Shown: positions 9,251-13,187 of the stretch, piece by piece
How the letters are laid out: each line of letters begins with the position of its first letter
Numbering within the stretch: the first letter of the stretch is position 1
DNA from: Deltaproteobacteria bacterium
Lineage (GTDB): Bacteria > SAR324 > NAC60-12
DNA length: 13,187 nt
Assembly (NCBI GenBank): GCA_038150265.1
Contig: JAYOTF010000021.1
Span: forward strand, 47,905 to 61,091
Direction: 5' to 3'
The notes under the pieces: model-generated
Databases searched by the model: none
What the model saw: only the letters and a program-made list of their open reading frames with translations
Told to the model about the DNA's origin: nothing
Translations under genes and position numbers: made by a program

Positions 9251-9377
9251 ACGAAGCGCAGCCAGCTGCACGTCATTTCATGAAAATGGGAACTCAGGTG
9301 GGCAGGTTTGGACAAGGGGCGATGCGTTTCCCTTACACAGGGCCAGGGAAAGCAGGCGTCAGGAACTGGATGGGAGG

Positions 9378-9779
9378 CTACTCCGCGACCACCCAGAGGT
9401 CGTCCTTTCCCAGTTGGCCGTAGAGGTCGTGCTTGCGGATGATGGCCGCAATGCGTTCCAGCAGGGTGTCCTGAATGCGCTCTTCCTCGTCAGCCGTCAG
9501 GTGAGCGTTCAGCGGCAGGGTCACGGAAAACAGGCCCACGACTTCGTTGAGGCTCTCCACCGTTGTGGAGAACAGCATTTTTTCAGGATTGAAGCCTGAG
9601 TCCCGCAGGTAGAGTTTCCCAGTGGTGTCGCTGGAAATGACCGTCGGAAGGGGGTCAACGTCCCAGACCCTGGAGGAGCGTCCAACTTCCTGAATCGCGA
9701 GCAGGACGGCATGAAAGAGGTCGAGGCTATCAGGAGTGCCGAGGGGGAGTTCAAAGTTGAAGTCGATGGATTTGGCCAT
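9378..9779 (-). CDS. hypothetical protein, 133 aa, acidic, no recognised family
   Basis: Start moved to ATG 9779 (MAKSIDFNFELPLG...), with GAGG just upstream. GC3-rich codons and globular-looking composition. The upstream part of the called ORF is low complexity. Confidence 0.75.
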   Translation of the reverse strand: MAKSIDFNFELPLGTPDSLDLFHAVLLAIQEVGRSSRVWDVDPLPTVISSDTTGKLYLRDSGFNPEKMLFSTTVESLNEVVGLFSVTLPLNAHLTADEEERIQDTLLERIAAIIRKHDLYGQLGKDDLWVVAE

Positions 9780-9874
9780 GCGTGCCTCTGCTGCTGAAGG
9801 ACTGTCTTCAGGACAGGGTATCAAGAAAGGGGAAGGAAACGAAAGGGGGATGAGTGAAGGCACTGAGGAGAAGC

Positions 9875-9951
9875 TGGTCGGGGCGGCAGGATTTGAACCT
9901 GCGACATCCTGCTCCCAAAGCAGGCGCGCTACCGGACTGCGCTACGCCCCG
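9875..9951 (-). tRNA. tRNA-Pro(UGG)
   Basis: Reverse complement CGGGGCG...CCTGC-TT-TGG-GA-GCAGG...TTCAAAT...CGCCCCG-ACCA. Confidence 0.97.
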
Positions 9952-9958
9952 AATGCGA

Positions 9959-10045
9959 TGGTGCCGAGAGGGGGAATCGAACCCCCACGAGGTTTCCCTC
10001 GCCAGATTTTGAGTCTGGTGCGTCTACCAGTTCCGCCATCTCGGC
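9959..10045 (-). tRNA. tRNA-Leu(CAA)
   Basis: Reverse complement GCCGAGA...CCAGA-CT-CAA-AA-TCTGG, long variable arm, TCTCGGC-ACCA, 87 nt. Confidence 0.97.
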
Positions 10046-10090
10046 TAGCGGGCGCGCCCCAATAAAAAAAGCCTCAAACGATCTTTAATG

Positions 10091-10208
10091 GGGCGGCGCC
10101 GACCGACTCTCCCGCCGAGCTTCCCCGGCAGTACCATAGGCGCATAGGGACTTTACTTCCGTGTTCGGGATGGGAACGGGTGTTTCCCCCTCGCTCTGGG
10201 CACCGACC
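10091..10208 (-). rRNA. rrf: 5S ribosomal RNA (ends approximate)
   Basis: Reverse complement contains ACACCCGTTCCCATCCCGAACACGGAAGTAAAG, ATGGTACTG and GGGAGAGT. Lies downstream of the 23S gene. Confidence 0.95.
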
Positions 10209-10296
10209 CATTAAAAATTACTTGAGGCTTTGGAACGCACTTGGAACTTCAATCGCATTACTGAGAGCTTCAGAGGCTCTGTGTTACAGACTTGGT

Positions 10297-13183
<2,887 letters not shown>

Positions 13184-13187
13184 TATA

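Overview
A GC-rich region of a Gram-negative bacterial chromosome, mostly housekeeping. On the + strand: a sigma70-like promoter and a SAM-I riboswitch precede metY-metA (methionine synthesis by direct sulfhydrylation). These are followed by a methylmalonyl-CoA epimerase-like VOC gene overlapping galE, then ilvB-ilvN, tRNA-Ser(UGA), an LpxL/HtrB-family acyltransferase with a ~190-aa N-terminal extension, and tRNA-Val(UAC)/Asp(GUC)/Val(CAC). Converging on the - strand: 23S rRNA, 5S rRNA, tRNA-Leu(CAA), tRNA-Pro(UGG) and a 133-aa hypothetical gene. Two observations stand out. (1) The acyltransferase extension (Gln-rich helices ending in HxxFL, then a Pro-rich linker) resembles, from memory, the pre-ACP segment of PfaA-type PUFA synthases, suggesting an acyltransferase that docks onto a megasynthase. 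(2) The 23S gene looks chimeric: helices spanning ~12078-12145 fail to pair, GC content steps down, and the 5' third looks betaproteobacterial. This is most likely a mis-assembly. No integrase, transposase or CRISPR array was seen.
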